In this document: piece after piece, positions 38,735 to 47,793 of the stretch
Layout of the letters: every line of letters begins with the position of its first letter
Position numbering within the stretch: the stretch's first letter is position 1
Assembly (NCBI GenBank): GCA_944389565.1
Contig: CALXMV010000001.1
Span: 51,924-115,923 of the forward strand
Direction: 5' to 3'
Source: an uncultured Kiritimatiellota bacterium
Lineage (GTDB): Bacteria; Verrucomicrobiota; Kiritimatiellia; RFP12; DVOR01
Length of the DNA: 64,000 bases
Made by a program: the position numbers and the translations under genes
The notes under the pieces: generated by a model
Seen by the model: only the letters and a program-made list of their open reading frames with translations
Told to the model about the DNA's origin: nothing
The model's database searches: none

Positions 38735-39754
38735 GTGAAGAAATCCATGAAGAAGATCCCCGCGAAGGGCAAGCCCGCCGCCCGCCACAACGGTCTGGGA
38801 CGCGGGTTCGACGCGCTCATCGGCGGCCCGTCTCCCGCGCCCGCCGCGCCCGTGCCCGCCCGCCCCGCGCTGGCCGCGGCCATCGCCAAGCCCGCGCCCG
38901 CGCCCGAGGAGCCCCCGCGGGATGGGCGCGTGGTCGGCTCCGTGCTGAAGGTGCCGACGGCCGAGATCGTGCGCTCGCCGTGGCAACCGCGCCAATTCTT
39001 CGACGAGGCGGCGCTGGCCGACCTGGCCGAGTCCATCAAGGCCAACGGCATCATCCAGCCGTTGCTCTGCCGGCGGTTGGACGATGGCCGCTTCGAGCTG
39101 ATCGGCGGCGAGCGGCGTCTGCGCGCGGCGGGCATGGCCGGCCTGGAGCAGGTGCCGGTCATCCTCATCGAGGCCGAGGACCGCAAGGCCGCCGAGCTCG
39201 CGATCGTCGAGAACATCCAGCGTGCCGACCTCAACGCCATCGAAGAGGCGGAGGGCTACCGCACGCTCACCGAGACCTTCGGGCTGTCGCAGGGCGACGT
39301 GGCCGACCGCGTGGGCAAGGCCCGCACCACGATCGTCAACGCCATGCGCCTGCTCGACCTGCCCGACGAGACCAAGGCGATGGTGGCCGACGGCCGCCTC
39401 TCCACCGGCCAGGCCAAGGCCATCCTAGGCCTGCCGCGCACGGAGGACCGCATCCGCCTGGGGCGCCGGGCCGTCTCCGAGAATCTCACGGTGCGCGCGC
39501 TGGAGCGGATCGTCACGCAGCTGACCACGCCCCTGCCCGACCCCGCGCGCGCCGCGGCCAAGAACGACCTGCCGCCCGCCTACCTGCGCGACCTCACCGA
39601 CCGCCTGCACGCGCGCTTCGGCACGGCCGTCCGCGTGACCTCGGGGCGCACCCTGCCGAACGGCCGCCACGCCAAGGGGACCTTGGAGGTGGATTTCTAC
39701 GACAACGCGGACCTGGATCGCATTCTGGCCCTGCTGGGCGTGAAGATGGACTGA
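38735..39754 (+). CDS. parB: ParB/Spo0J family partition protein (no adjacent parA)
   Basis: IQPLLCRRLDDGRFELIGGERRLRAAGMAGLEQVPV is ParB box II, the GERRxRA CTP-binding motif. An HTH (LSQGDVADRVGKARTTIVNAMRLL) follows. The start is GTG at 38735 or ATG at 38747. Confidence 0.8.
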   Translation: MKKSMKKIPAKGKPAARHNGLGRGFDALIGGPSPAPAAPVPARPALAAAIAKPAPAPEEPPRDGRVVGSVLKVPTAEIVRSPWQPRQFFDEAALADLAESIKANGIIQPLLCRRLDDGRFELIGGERRLRAAGMAGLEQVPVILIEAEDRKAAELAIVENIQRADLNAIEEAEGYRTLTETFGLSQGDVADRVGKARTTIVNAMRLLDLPDETKAMVADGRLSTGQAKAILGLPRTEDRIRLGRRAVSENLTVRALERIVTQLTTPLPDPARAAAKNDLPPAYLRDLTDRLHARFGTAVRVTSGRTLPNGRHAKGTLEVDFYDNADLDRILALLGVKMD

Positions 39755-39756
39755 GC

Positions 39757-40623
39757 GTGGCGGGGCTTCGCAAAACCGTTCTGGCCTGTGGCGCGGCCCT
39801 GCTGGCGCTCGCGGCGGGGTGCGCGTGCGCCGGTTGCCGCGAGGCCGGGCCCACGGCGCGTGACCGCGCGATCGGCGCGGAGGCGCTGGCGCACGCGGAG
39901 GCGTTGGTGGCGGCGCATCCCACGCGGGTGGGCGGCGAGGGCTCCGCGGAGGCCGCGGCGTGGATCGCCGCCCGTCTCCCGCGCGAGGGGACGCGCATCG
40001 ACCGTTTCGGGACGCCCTTCGGGCCGATGGCGAACGTGTGGCATTGCCGGGCGGCGCGGCCGGTGGCGGTGCTGGTCTCGCATTTCGACACGAAGGCGGG
40101 CATCCCCGGGTTCGTGGGGGCGAACGACGGCGCGAGCACGACGGGGCTCCTCCTGGCGTTGGCCGGCGAGGGGGCGCTGCCCGTGGCCTATCTGTTCGTG
40201 GACGGCGAGGAGTGCCGTGAGGCCTATTCCGCGCAGGACGGCCTGCAGGGAAGCTGGCGCGCGGCGCGGGCGGGCGCGATTGGCCGCGACACGCCGGTCA
40301 TCGTGCTGGACATGCTGGGGGACGCGGCCTTCAACCCCGGGCTGGCGGCGAACGGATCGCCGCGCCTGAACGCCCTGCTGCGCCGCGCGGGCGAGGCCGT
40401 GGGCGTGCCGTTGGGCGACGCGGGCGACGTGGTGGACGACCATGTGCCCTTCGTGGCCGCGGGGTATCGCGCGGCGGACATCATCGATTTCGATTACGGC
40501 CCCGGGAACGCGTGGTGGCACACCGCGCAGGACACCCCCGACAAGCTGAGCGCGGACGCGTTGGCGCGCGCGGCGGCGTTGGTGCGGCGGGCCGTCGGGC
40601 TTTTGGAGGAGGAACGCGAATGA
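39757..40623 (+). CDS. M28-family peptidase-like lipoprotein (aminopeptidase / glutaminyl-cyclase fold)
   Basis: It has the lipobox LALAAGCA. HFDTKAGIPGFVGANDGASTTGLLLALAGE...FVDGEE matches M28 metal-binding Asp/Glu motifs. The start is GTG at 39757 (inferred) and the stop overlaps the next gene. Confidence 0.55.
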   Translation: MAGLRKTVLACGAALLALAAGCACAGCREAGPTARDRAIGAEALAHAEALVAAHPTRVGGEGSAEAAAWIAARLPREGTRIDRFGTPFGPMANVWHCRAARPVAVLVSHFDTKAGIPGFVGANDGASTTGLLLALAGEGALPVAYLFVDGEECREAYSAQDGLQGSWRAARAGAIGRDTPVIVLDMLGDAAFNPGLAANGSPRLNALLRRAGEAVGVPLGDAGDVVDDHVPFVAAGYRAADIIDFDYGPGNAWWHTAQDTPDKLSADALARAAALVRRAVGLLEEERE

Positions 40624-41438
40624 TTTCCGAGTTGCTGATCGTGTTGGTGGCCTTGGCCGTCGGCGGCGCGCTGACGGCGACGGGCGTCTCGCCGTGGTAC
40701 TGGTCGATCGTGTGGGCGCTGCTCACGTTCGTGGCCGGGCAGGCGGCCCTGGCGTGGGCGCTCCGCCGCCGGATGGGTGGGGTGACGGCGCGGATCCAAG
40801 CGGTGATGGGGCGCGCGCAGGCCGGGATGCAGGCGAAGGTCAATCGTTGGCGCACGCGGCAGATGAGCGACGCCAAGACCGCCGAGGCGGAGCTGGCCAA
40901 GGACCGCGACGCGATGATCGCCGAGGTGCAGGCCATCCTCAGGCCGTTGGAGCGCTATCGCCTGTGGATCCCGCTCCTGGGGCGGCAGTTGGCGACGATG
41001 GAGCTGCAGTTCGCCTGGCAGCGCAAGGACTGGAAGCGGGTGGACGCGCTCCTGCCGCGCGCGTTGCTGATGGAGCCGCTGCTGGTGTGCATGAAGCTGG
41101 CGCGGATGTGGCAACTGGAGGCGCCGACCGAGGCGTTGCGCAAGGTCTTCCGCAAGGCCACGCGCCGCGCCCGCTACGGCACCACCGCCCTCGTCTACGC
41201 CACCTTCTCGTGGATGCTGCTCAGGCGTGGCTTGGTGGACGAGGCGTTCAAGGTGCTCGTGGAGGCCGACACGAAGAACGAGCATGCGACCCTGAAGGCC
41301 AACCGCGACCATCTGGCGAACAACCGCGTGCGGCAGTTCTCCAACGCCGGCTTCGGCGAGGAGTGGTACGCCCTCTGGCTGGAGACGCCCAAGGCCCGCC
41401 CCCAACGCATCCGCGACAATGGCCGATACTTCCGCTGA
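40620..41438 (+). CDS. Hypothetical membrane-anchored protein
   Basis: It has an N-terminal TM segment (MISELLIVLVALAVGGALTATGVSPWYWSIVWALLTFVAG) and an ATGA overlap with the M28 gene. Confidence 0.45.
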   Translation: MISELLIVLVALAVGGALTATGVSPWYWSIVWALLTFVAGQAALAWALRRRMGGVTARIQAVMGRAQAGMQAKVNRWRTRQMSDAKTAEAELAKDRDAMIAEVQAILRPLERYRLWIPLLGRQLATMELQFAWQRKDWKRVDALLPRALLMEPLLVCMKLARMWQLEAPTEALRKVFRKATRRARYGTTALVYATFSWMLLRRGLVDEAFKVLVEADTKNEHATLKANRDHLANNRVRQFSNAGFGEEWYALWLETPKARPQRIRDNGRYFR

Positions 41439-42981
41439 GACGCGTCCGCCGCGGGAGGCTGCCCTGCCCCTGCTCCTGGTCGCCCTGCCGCTGGCCGTGG
41501 CCGTGGCCCGCACGCCGGCGCTCGTGGGGATGGTCTGCGCGGCCGCGTTGCTCCTGGCCTTCCGGGCGGGGTGCCTCAGGGCCTTCGCGGCGATTGTGGC
41601 GGGGGGCTTCCTGCTCAATCTGCTCGTCCCCTCCGGTTTCGCGATCTACAGCGACGCGGACAATTACCTGATCCCGAACATCCGTCTGCTGGCCGCGGGC
41701 GGGGCGTTGGCGATGGATGGCGCGGTCTCGGCCGCGCATTTCACCCTGCCGCAGGGGTTCGTGGGGTGGGGCGCGGCGCTCTATCGGCTCACGGGCTGGG
41801 TGGACGCGGGGAACTGCCTGGTCTTCCTGCTGCTGCCTGCCACGTGGCTGACCCTGCGCCGGACGCTGACGCGTGCGCAGACGGCGCTGCTGGCCGTGGG
41901 GCCGCTCACGTTCGTGAGCCTCTTCTGCGCCCTGCCGGATGGGTGCGTCTACCTGCTGCTCCTCACCGCCCTCTTCGCCCACCGCGCGGGGGACTTCCGC
42001 CTGTCGGTGGTGGCGCTGGTGGTGGCCTGCACGTTCAAGACGACCGCGTGGCTGCCGGCCGCGTTCGTCGGGTTGCTGTTGCTGCGCGATTGGCCGCGGC
42101 GGTGGGGGTGGCTGGCACTGGCCGCGGCGGTGACGGGGGCGATCGTCTTCCCGACGTTGCGGGCGTTGGCGGGCGGCTCGCTCTCCGCCATCTCCGCGGA
42201 TTTCCTGGGGATGGACGCCGCCGCCCGCGAGATGGGCTACTGGCCGCGCCTGGCCTATGCCTATCTGGGCCATTGGCTCGTGCCCGGCGACCCGCGCTTC
42301 AACGTCGCGACGGGGGGCATCGACGGCGGGGGCGTGGACGGGCTCGGACCGGTCTTCCGCCTGGCCGTTTGGGCGTCGCTGGCCGTGTTGACGCTCTGCC
42401 GGCGGCGGTTGACGGGGTGGGGGGGCACGTTGCTCGCGGCGTGGGGGAGCGTGCTGGCGATGCCCACGCTCTACATCGGTTACGCCCGCTATGCGCCCCT
42501 GCTCTACGTGGCGGTGATGCTGCCCTTGGTCCTGACGGTGCGCCGGACGGCCGTGCTCGTGGCGGTGCTGGTCTGCGCCATGCCGGCGGCGTGGGTGGGC
42601 TGGCGCCTGATGCTCGCCTCCGAGAACCTCACCGCGCAACGGCACGCCGAGGCCGTCCGGAGCGACCTCTACAACGTCCGTTGCGCCTTCCGCGGCCGGC
42701 TCGTGGCGGAGCCGCAGCCCACGCTCGCGGGCAACCTGTCCTACACCTATCGCGGCACGGACTTCCCGCCCATGCCGCGCACGCTGGCCGTCGACAACCG
42801 GCTGACCCCCGCCTCCGACAAGGCGCGCGGCATGGCGGCCTACGCCTTGGGCACGTGGCTGCCCTGGGCCTGCCGCCACCTGCCCACGCTCGCCGCGGAC
42901 TGGGCCGCCTATCGCTTTGACACGTTCATGACCTTTCCGCGAGGAACGCATGATGGACTTCCGCCCCCTGCACGCCAATGA
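41419..42981 (+). CDS. Polytopic membrane protein, possible GT-C-fold glycosyltransferase-like
   Basis: It has multiple predicted TM helices, an acidic motif in the first loop (YSDADNYLIP) and a periplasmic C-terminal domain. The family was not recognised with confidence. Confidence 0.4.
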   Translation: MADTSAETRPPREAALPLLLVALPLAVAVARTPALVGMVCAAALLLAFRAGCLRAFAAIVAGGFLLNLLVPSGFAIYSDADNYLIPNIRLLAAGGALAMDGAVSAAHFTLPQGFVGWGAALYRLTGWVDAGNCLVFLLLPATWLTLRRTLTRAQTALLAVGPLTFVSLFCALPDGCVYLLLLTALFAHRAGDFRLSVVALVVACTFKTTAWLPAAFVGLLLLRDWPRRWGWLALAAAVTGAIVFPTLRALAGGSLSAISADFLGMDAAAREMGYWPRLAYAYLGHWLVPGDPRFNVATGGIDGGGVDGLGPVFRLAVWASLAVLTLCRRRLTGWGGTLLAAWGSVLAMPTLYIGYARYAPLLYVAVMLPLVLTVRRTAVLVAVLVCAMPAAWVGWRLMLASENLTAQRHAEAVRSDLYNVRCAFRGRLVAEPQPTLAGNLSYTYRGTDFPPMPRTLAVDNRLTPASDKARGMAAYALGTWLPWACRHLPTLAADWAAYRFDTFMTFPRGTHDGLPPPARQ

Positions 42982-44383
42982 GTTGCCCGCGCTCCGCCCG
43001 TACGTCGCGCGCAACCCCTTTCATCTCAGCGACAATTCCCTGGGCTTCCTGCTCATGTGGCGCCCCTACGCCCACACCGCGATGGCCGAGGCCGAGGGGT
43101 GCCTCATCGTCCGCACCTCCTATGGCGGCAAACTGCGCTTCGCCTATCCCATCCATCCCGAGGCCGACCAGGAGGCCGAGCTGCGCGCGCTCACGGCGGT
43201 CGAGGCCTGGTGCGTCGCCGAGGGGGTGCCCCTGGGGCTCTGCTCCGTGCCGATCGAGCGCCTCCCCCTCCTCACGCGCCGCTACGGCCGCGACATGACC
43301 ATCACCAATCCCCGCACCTGGCGCGACTACCTCTACAACCTCTCCGACTTCGAGGCCTACGCCGGGCGCCGTTTCGCCGGCCAGCGCAACCACGTCTCCA
43401 AGTTCCGCCGGGCCTACCCCGACGCCGCCTACCGCGCCATGACCCCCGGCGACCTCCCCGCCATCCGCGACTTCCTGCGCGCGTACGCCGAGCGCCAATA
43501 CGCCAAGAACTCCTTCCTGGCCAAGGAGGAACTCCACGGCACCGAGACGCTCCTGAGCATGTTCGAGCCCCTCCGCCTCGAAGGCGGCCTCATCGAGCAC
43601 CAGGGCAGGATCATCGCCATCACCGTCGGCGAGCCCATCGGCGACACCCTCATGGTGCACGTCGAGAAGGCGCTCGTCGGCTACGACGGCGTCTATCCCA
43701 CCATCGCCCAGGCCTTCGCCGCCGCCATCCGCCCCGCCCACCCCGAATTGCTCTACGTCAACCGCGAGGACGACGCCGGCGACTGCGGCCTGCGCAAATC
43801 CAAACTCCAATACAACCCCATCCGCCTCCTCGACAAATACACCGTCCTGCCCCGGCGCGTCATCGAGGAGCTCGACGCCCCGCCCACCATCGACACCGAG
43901 CGCCTGCGCCTGCGCCCCGTCCCAGACGCCGACGTCCACGTCTACGCCCGCCTCGCCCGCGACCTCGCGCGCAACCGCTTCTGGGGGTGGGACTGGCGCA
44001 CCGCCTGGGAGGGCGAGGGCGACCCGCGCGACGCCTGGTTCCTCGAACTGCCGCGCAACGACTTCAAGGCCCGCCGCGAGGTCGCCCTCGGCATCTATGC
44101 CGCGGACGCGCTCGTCGGCGAATGCGTCTTCCACAACTTCACCTACGACAACACCGTCGAGCTCGGCGTCCGCCTCCTGCCCGAGGCCGAGCACAACGGC
44201 TACGCCGCCGAGGCCATGCGCGCCATGGCCGCCCACGCCCTGTGCTACTGGGGGCTGGAGAAGGCCGTCGCCAAGTGCTACCGCGACAACCTCCCCTCCC
44301 GCCGGATGCTCCTGGCCTCCGGCCTCCGCGACGACCACGAGGACGACACCTTCTTCTACTTCTCCCGCACCGCCAAAAACTGA
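42950..44383 (+). CDS. Fusion of a DUF2156 (aminoacyl-phosphatidylglycerol-synthase-like) domain and a C-terminal GNAT acetyltransferase
   Basis: The N-terminus (HLSDNSLGFLLMWRPYAHTAMAEAEGCLIVRT...) resembles the DUF2156 / MprF C-terminal domain pattern. The C-terminus (ERLRLRPV...FHNFTYDNTVELGVRLLPEAEHNGYAAEAMRAM) is RimJ/RimL-like GNAT. Confidence 0.5.
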   Translation: MMDFRPLHANELPALRPYVARNPFHLSDNSLGFLLMWRPYAHTAMAEAEGCLIVRTSYGGKLRFAYPIHPEADQEAELRALTAVEAWCVAEGVPLGLCSVPIERLPLLTRRYGRDMTITNPRTWRDYLYNLSDFEAYAGRRFAGQRNHVSKFRRAYPDAAYRAMTPGDLPAIRDFLRAYAERQYAKNSFLAKEELHGTETLLSMFEPLRLEGGLIEHQGRIIAITVGEPIGDTLMVHVEKALVGYDGVYPTIAQAFAAAIRPAHPELLYVNREDDAGDCGLRKSKLQYNPIRLLDKYTVLPRRVIEELDAPPTIDTERLRLRPVPDADVHVYARLARDLARNRFWGWDWRTAWEGEGDPRDAWFLELPRNDFKARREVALGIYAADALVGECVFHNFTYDNTVELGVRLLPEAEHNGYAAEAMRAMAAHALCYWGLEKAVAKCYRDNLPSRRMLLASGLRDDHEDDTFFYFSRTAKN

Positions 44384-44410
44384 CCTTTGGGTTTGCGTGG
44401 GGCGGGTGCG

Positions 44411-44423
44411 TTTGTGGTATAAT
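44411..44423 (+). promoter_or_regulatory. Consensus extended -10 promoter TTTGTGGTATAAT upstream of gpmI
   Basis: gcgTTTGTGGTATAATgggcgg lies 30 nt upstream of the ATG at 44453, with a gagaaagga RBS. Confidence 0.6.
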
Positions 44424-44452
44424 GGGCGGCGATTTTGAGAAAGGACATCGCT

Positions 44453-46012
44453 ATGGCCAATCGCCCTGTTTGCCTGATCATCCGCGACGGTTGGGGGATG
44501 AATCCCCGGTTCGCGGGCAATTCCGTCTTCAACGCCAAGACGCCGGTCATCGACCGTCTGCGCGCGCGTTACCCGTGGAGCCGCATCGAGTGCTCCGGCG
44601 AGGCGGTCGGCCTGCCGGACGGTTACCAGGGCTCCTCGGAGGTGGGGCATCTGAACATGGGTGCGGGGCGCATCGTGGAGCAGGAGCTCAAGCGCATCGA
44701 CGACGGGCTGAAGAGCGGCGAGCTCTTCAAGAGCCCGAAGTGGGAGGCGCTGATCGCCAATTGGAAGGCCAACGGGTCGCAGCTGCACCTGATGGGGCTG
44801 TTGCAGGACGAGGGCGTGCACGCGCACCAGGAGCATCTCTTCAAGATCATGCGCCGCGCGCGCCAGGAGTATCCCGAAGGGCGGATCGTGATCCATCCCT
44901 TCCTGGACGGGCGCGACACGCCGCCGCGCTCGACGCTGGAGTATCTGGCGAAGCTGCAGGGGGTGATGGGCGAGGTCGGCGGGTGCGTCATCGGCACGGC
45001 GATGGGGCGCTATTACGCGATGGACCGCTCCAAGAACTGGGCGCTGACCTCCGAGGCCTTCGAGTGCCTGGTCAACGGCGCGGGCACGCGTTTCGCGACC
45101 GTGGAGGAGGCCGTCAGGACCGCCTATGACACCGCCAAGACGCCCGACGGCGACCCGATGACCGACGAGTACGTCCCCTGCTCCGTCATCGGCGACTACG
45201 CGGGCATCCAGGACGGCGACTCGGTGATGCACACCAATTACCGCCAGGACCGCGCCATCCAGCTCACCCAGGCGTTCGTGTGCGACGATTACGCCGGCAC
45301 GCGCACGCGCCGCCCGAAGATCGTCTATCTGGGCTTCACCCGCTACTGGGACGAGTTCGCCGATTACCTGCTCGGCGCGATGGGCGGCGACGGCGCGATG
45401 GACATGCTCCTGGGCGAGGTCGTCTCCAAGGCCGGGCTCCGCCAGCTGCGCATCGCCGAGACCCAGAAGTTCCGCCACGTGACCAGCTTCTTCAACGGCA
45501 AGAGCACCAAGCCCTATCCCGGCGAGGATCAGGTGGAGGTGCCCAGCCGCTTCGACCCCGCCACCTTCGCCTCGCACCCCGAGATGGAGGCCTACAACGT
45601 CACCGACGCGCTCCTCAAGCGCCTCGAGGACAACCCCTACGGCTTCATCGTCGTGAATTACGCCAACTGCGACATGGTCGGCCACACCGGCAACCTGGAG
45701 GCCGCCACCCGCGCCGTCGAGGTCGTCGACGAATGCGTCGGCAAGCTGCTGGAGCGGCTCCTGGCGCTCGACGCGCACGTCCTCATCACCGCCGACCATG
45801 GCAACGCCGAGCAGATGGTCGATTACGCCACCGGGATGCCCAAGACCTCCCACACCCTCAACAAGGTGGAGTGCATCTACGTGTCGCGCGACGCCGACCT
45901 GCGCGTCATGCGCGCCGACGGTAAGCTCTCCGACATCGCCGTCACCTGCCTGGACCTTCTCGGCATCGAGAAGCCGGCGCAGATGACCGCCGACAACCTC
46001 TTCGTCAAATGA
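44453..46012 (+). CDS. gpmI: 2,3-bisphosphoglycerate-independent phosphoglycerate mutase
   Basis: CLIIRDGWG, SSEVGHLNMGAGR and NYANCDMVGHTG are iPGM metal-binding motifs. Confidence 0.9.
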   Translation: MANRPVCLIIRDGWGMNPRFAGNSVFNAKTPVIDRLRARYPWSRIECSGEAVGLPDGYQGSSEVGHLNMGAGRIVEQELKRIDDGLKSGELFKSPKWEALIANWKANGSQLHLMGLLQDEGVHAHQEHLFKIMRRARQEYPEGRIVIHPFLDGRDTPPRSTLEYLAKLQGVMGEVGGCVIGTAMGRYYAMDRSKNWALTSEAFECLVNGAGTRFATVEEAVRTAYDTAKTPDGDPMTDEYVPCSVIGDYAGIQDGDSVMHTNYRQDRAIQLTQAFVCDDYAGTRTRRPKIVYLGFTRYWDEFADYLLGAMGGDGAMDMLLGEVVSKAGLRQLRIAETQKFRHVTSFFNGKSTKPYPGEDQVEVPSRFDPATFASHPEMEAYNVTDALLKRLEDNPYGFIVVNYANCDMVGHTGNLEAATRAVEVVDECVGKLLERLLALDAHVLITADHGNAEQMVDYATGMPKTSHTLNKVECIYVSRDADLRVMRADGKLSDIAVTCLDLLGIEKPAQMTADNLFVK

Positions 46013-46083
46013 GTGAGGCGCGGTGCGCGGGGGCGTGCGGCGTGCCGCGCGCCCCCGTGCGTCATTCCCCGAGGAACGGACCT

Positions 46084-47163
46084 ATGGACAACGAGCACCT
46101 TTCGCGCATCGAGCGGCTGCAGGCGGCGATGGCCGCCGCCGACATCGACGCGGCCTTCATCTATTCCGCCGTCAACCGCCGCTATTTCACCGGCTTGCAG
46201 ACGAGCAACGGGTTGTTGCTCGTGGAGCGGCAGGGCACGCCGGTCTTCTACACGGATTTCCGCTATCTGGAGGTGGCCCACCGCACGCTGACCGGCGTCG
46301 AAATCCGGAAGTTCAAGCCCTCGAAAGAGCAACTGGCCGACTATGCCGCCCTCGGCAAGGCGTGGCGGACCGTGGGCTACGAGGGCAACCTCACGGTGGC
46401 GCAGTATCTGCCCCTGGCCGAGACCTTCACCGCGGCCAAAATGGTCAGCGTCACCGAGATCATCTCCACCCTGCGCGGCGTGAAGTCCGCCGGGGAGATC
46501 GCGGCCATCCGCAAATCCGCCGCCGCCAACGACGCGCTCCTGGCCGAGCTGATCGACACCTTCCGCCCGGGCATGAGCGAACGGGAGATGCTGCGCCATT
46601 TCCGCATGGCCGAGGCCGCCCGCGGGCTCTCCGAATCCTTCGACCCGATCATCTGCGCCGGCGTCAACGCCGTGGAGTGCCACCATCAGCCCGACGACAC
46701 CATCCTGCGGCCCGACTCGGAGCTGCTCATCGACATGGGGGTCGTCGTCGACGGCTACTGCTCGGACATGACCCGCACGCTCTTCTTCGGCAAGCCGACC
46801 CCGCGCTTCAAGGAGATCTTCGACATCGTGCTGGAGACCAACCGCGCCGTCGCCGAGGCCGTCAGGCCCGGCGTCCGCTGCTGCGACATCGACAGGCTCT
46901 CCCGCGACATCATCGGCAAATACGGTTACGGCGATTATTACGACCACGGGCTCGGCCACAGCGTCGGCATCGAGATCCATGAGATGCCCAGCCTCTCCCG
47001 CACCTGCGAGACGGTCCTCCAGCCCGGCATGGTCCTCACCGACGAGCCCGGCATCTACATCCCCGGCGAGGTCGGCGTCCGCATCGAGGATCTCCTCGTC
47101 GTCACCGAGACCGGGTGCGAAATCCTCTCCCACACCCCCCACGAGATTGTCATCCCATGCTGA
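46084..47163 (+). CDS. M24-family Xaa-Pro aminopeptidase/dipeptidase
   Basis: The creatinase-like N-terminal domain is followed by the pita-bread fold with [16 protein letters not shown] and [13 protein letters not shown]. Confidence 0.8.
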   Translation: MDNEHLSRIERLQAAMAAADIDAAFIYSAVNRRYFTGLQTSNGLLLVERQGTPVFYTDFRYLEVAHRTLTGVEIRKFKPSKEQLADYAALGKAWRTVGYEGNLTVAQYLPLAETFTAAKMVSVTEIISTLRGVKSAGEIAAIRKSAAANDALLAELIDTFRPGMSEREMLRHFRMAEAARGLSESFDPIICAGVNAVECHHQPDDTILRPDSELLIDMGVVVDGYCSDMTRTLFFGKPTPRFKEIFDIVLETNRAVAEAVRPGVRCCDIDRLSRDIIGKYGYGDYYDHGLGHSVGIEIHEMPSLSRTCETVLQPGMVLTDEPGIYIPGEVGVRIEDLLVVTETGCEILSHTPHEIVIPC

Positions 47164-47732
47164 GCCAGCCGCCCCCGCCCAATCTCGAACGCGTCGCCGC
47201 CCTGGTGCGCGCGCTCCTCGCCGAGCTTGGCGAGGATCCCGACCGCGAGGGGCTCCTCAAGACCCCTGACCGCGTGGCCCGCGCGTTGGCCTATCTCACG
47301 CAGGGCTATCGCCAGACACCCGCGCAGGTCCTCAACGGCGCCGTCTTCCAATCCGCCGCGAACAACATGGTCATCGTCCGCGACATCGAGGTCTACTCGC
47401 TCTGCGAGCACCATCTCCTGCCGTTCTACGGGCGGTGCCACGTGGGCTACATCGCCGCCGGCAAGGTCGTCGGTCTCAGCAAGATCGCGCGGATCGTCGA
47501 TTGCTACGCCCGCCGCCTCCAGATCCAGGAGCGCCTCACCGAGGAGATCGCCCACGCCATCCAGGAGATCACCCAGGCCGAAGGCGTCGGCGTCGTCATG
47601 AGCTGCTCGCACCTCTGCATGATGATGCGCGGCGTCGAGAAGCAGAACGCCCTCACCGTCACCTCGTCCGTCCTGGGATCGTTCCGGGAGGACGCGGGGG
47701 TGCGCGCCGAGTTCATGGCACTCGTCAAGTGA
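47157..47732 (+). CDS. folE: GTP cyclohydrolase I
   Basis: [50 protein letters not shown] is the FolE signature. It overlaps the M24 gene by 7 nt. Confidence 0.9.
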   Translation: MLSQPPPPNLERVAALVRALLAELGEDPDREGLLKTPDRVARALAYLTQGYRQTPAQVLNGAVFQSAANNMVIVRDIEVYSLCEHHLLPFYGRCHVGYIAAGKVVGLSKIARIVDCYARRLQIQERLTEEIAHAIQEITQAEGVGVVMSCSHLCMMMRGVEKQNALTVTSSVLGSFREDAGVRAEFMALVK

Positions 47733-47793
47733 CGGGAAATATGTTATCCTTCCCCCTCAAAGCATCACGTTGAAGCAAAGGAGCACAGAACCC

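Noticed and set aside
42926-45853. 975-aa minus-strand ORF opposite the DUF2156-GNAT and gpmI genes; similar long antisense ORFs at 49342..51510, 50897..52945, 54523..57150
   Set aside because: The sense-strand products (iPGM, GT-C proteins, Lnt) are clearly identifiable. The antisense ORFs are compositionally biased artefacts.
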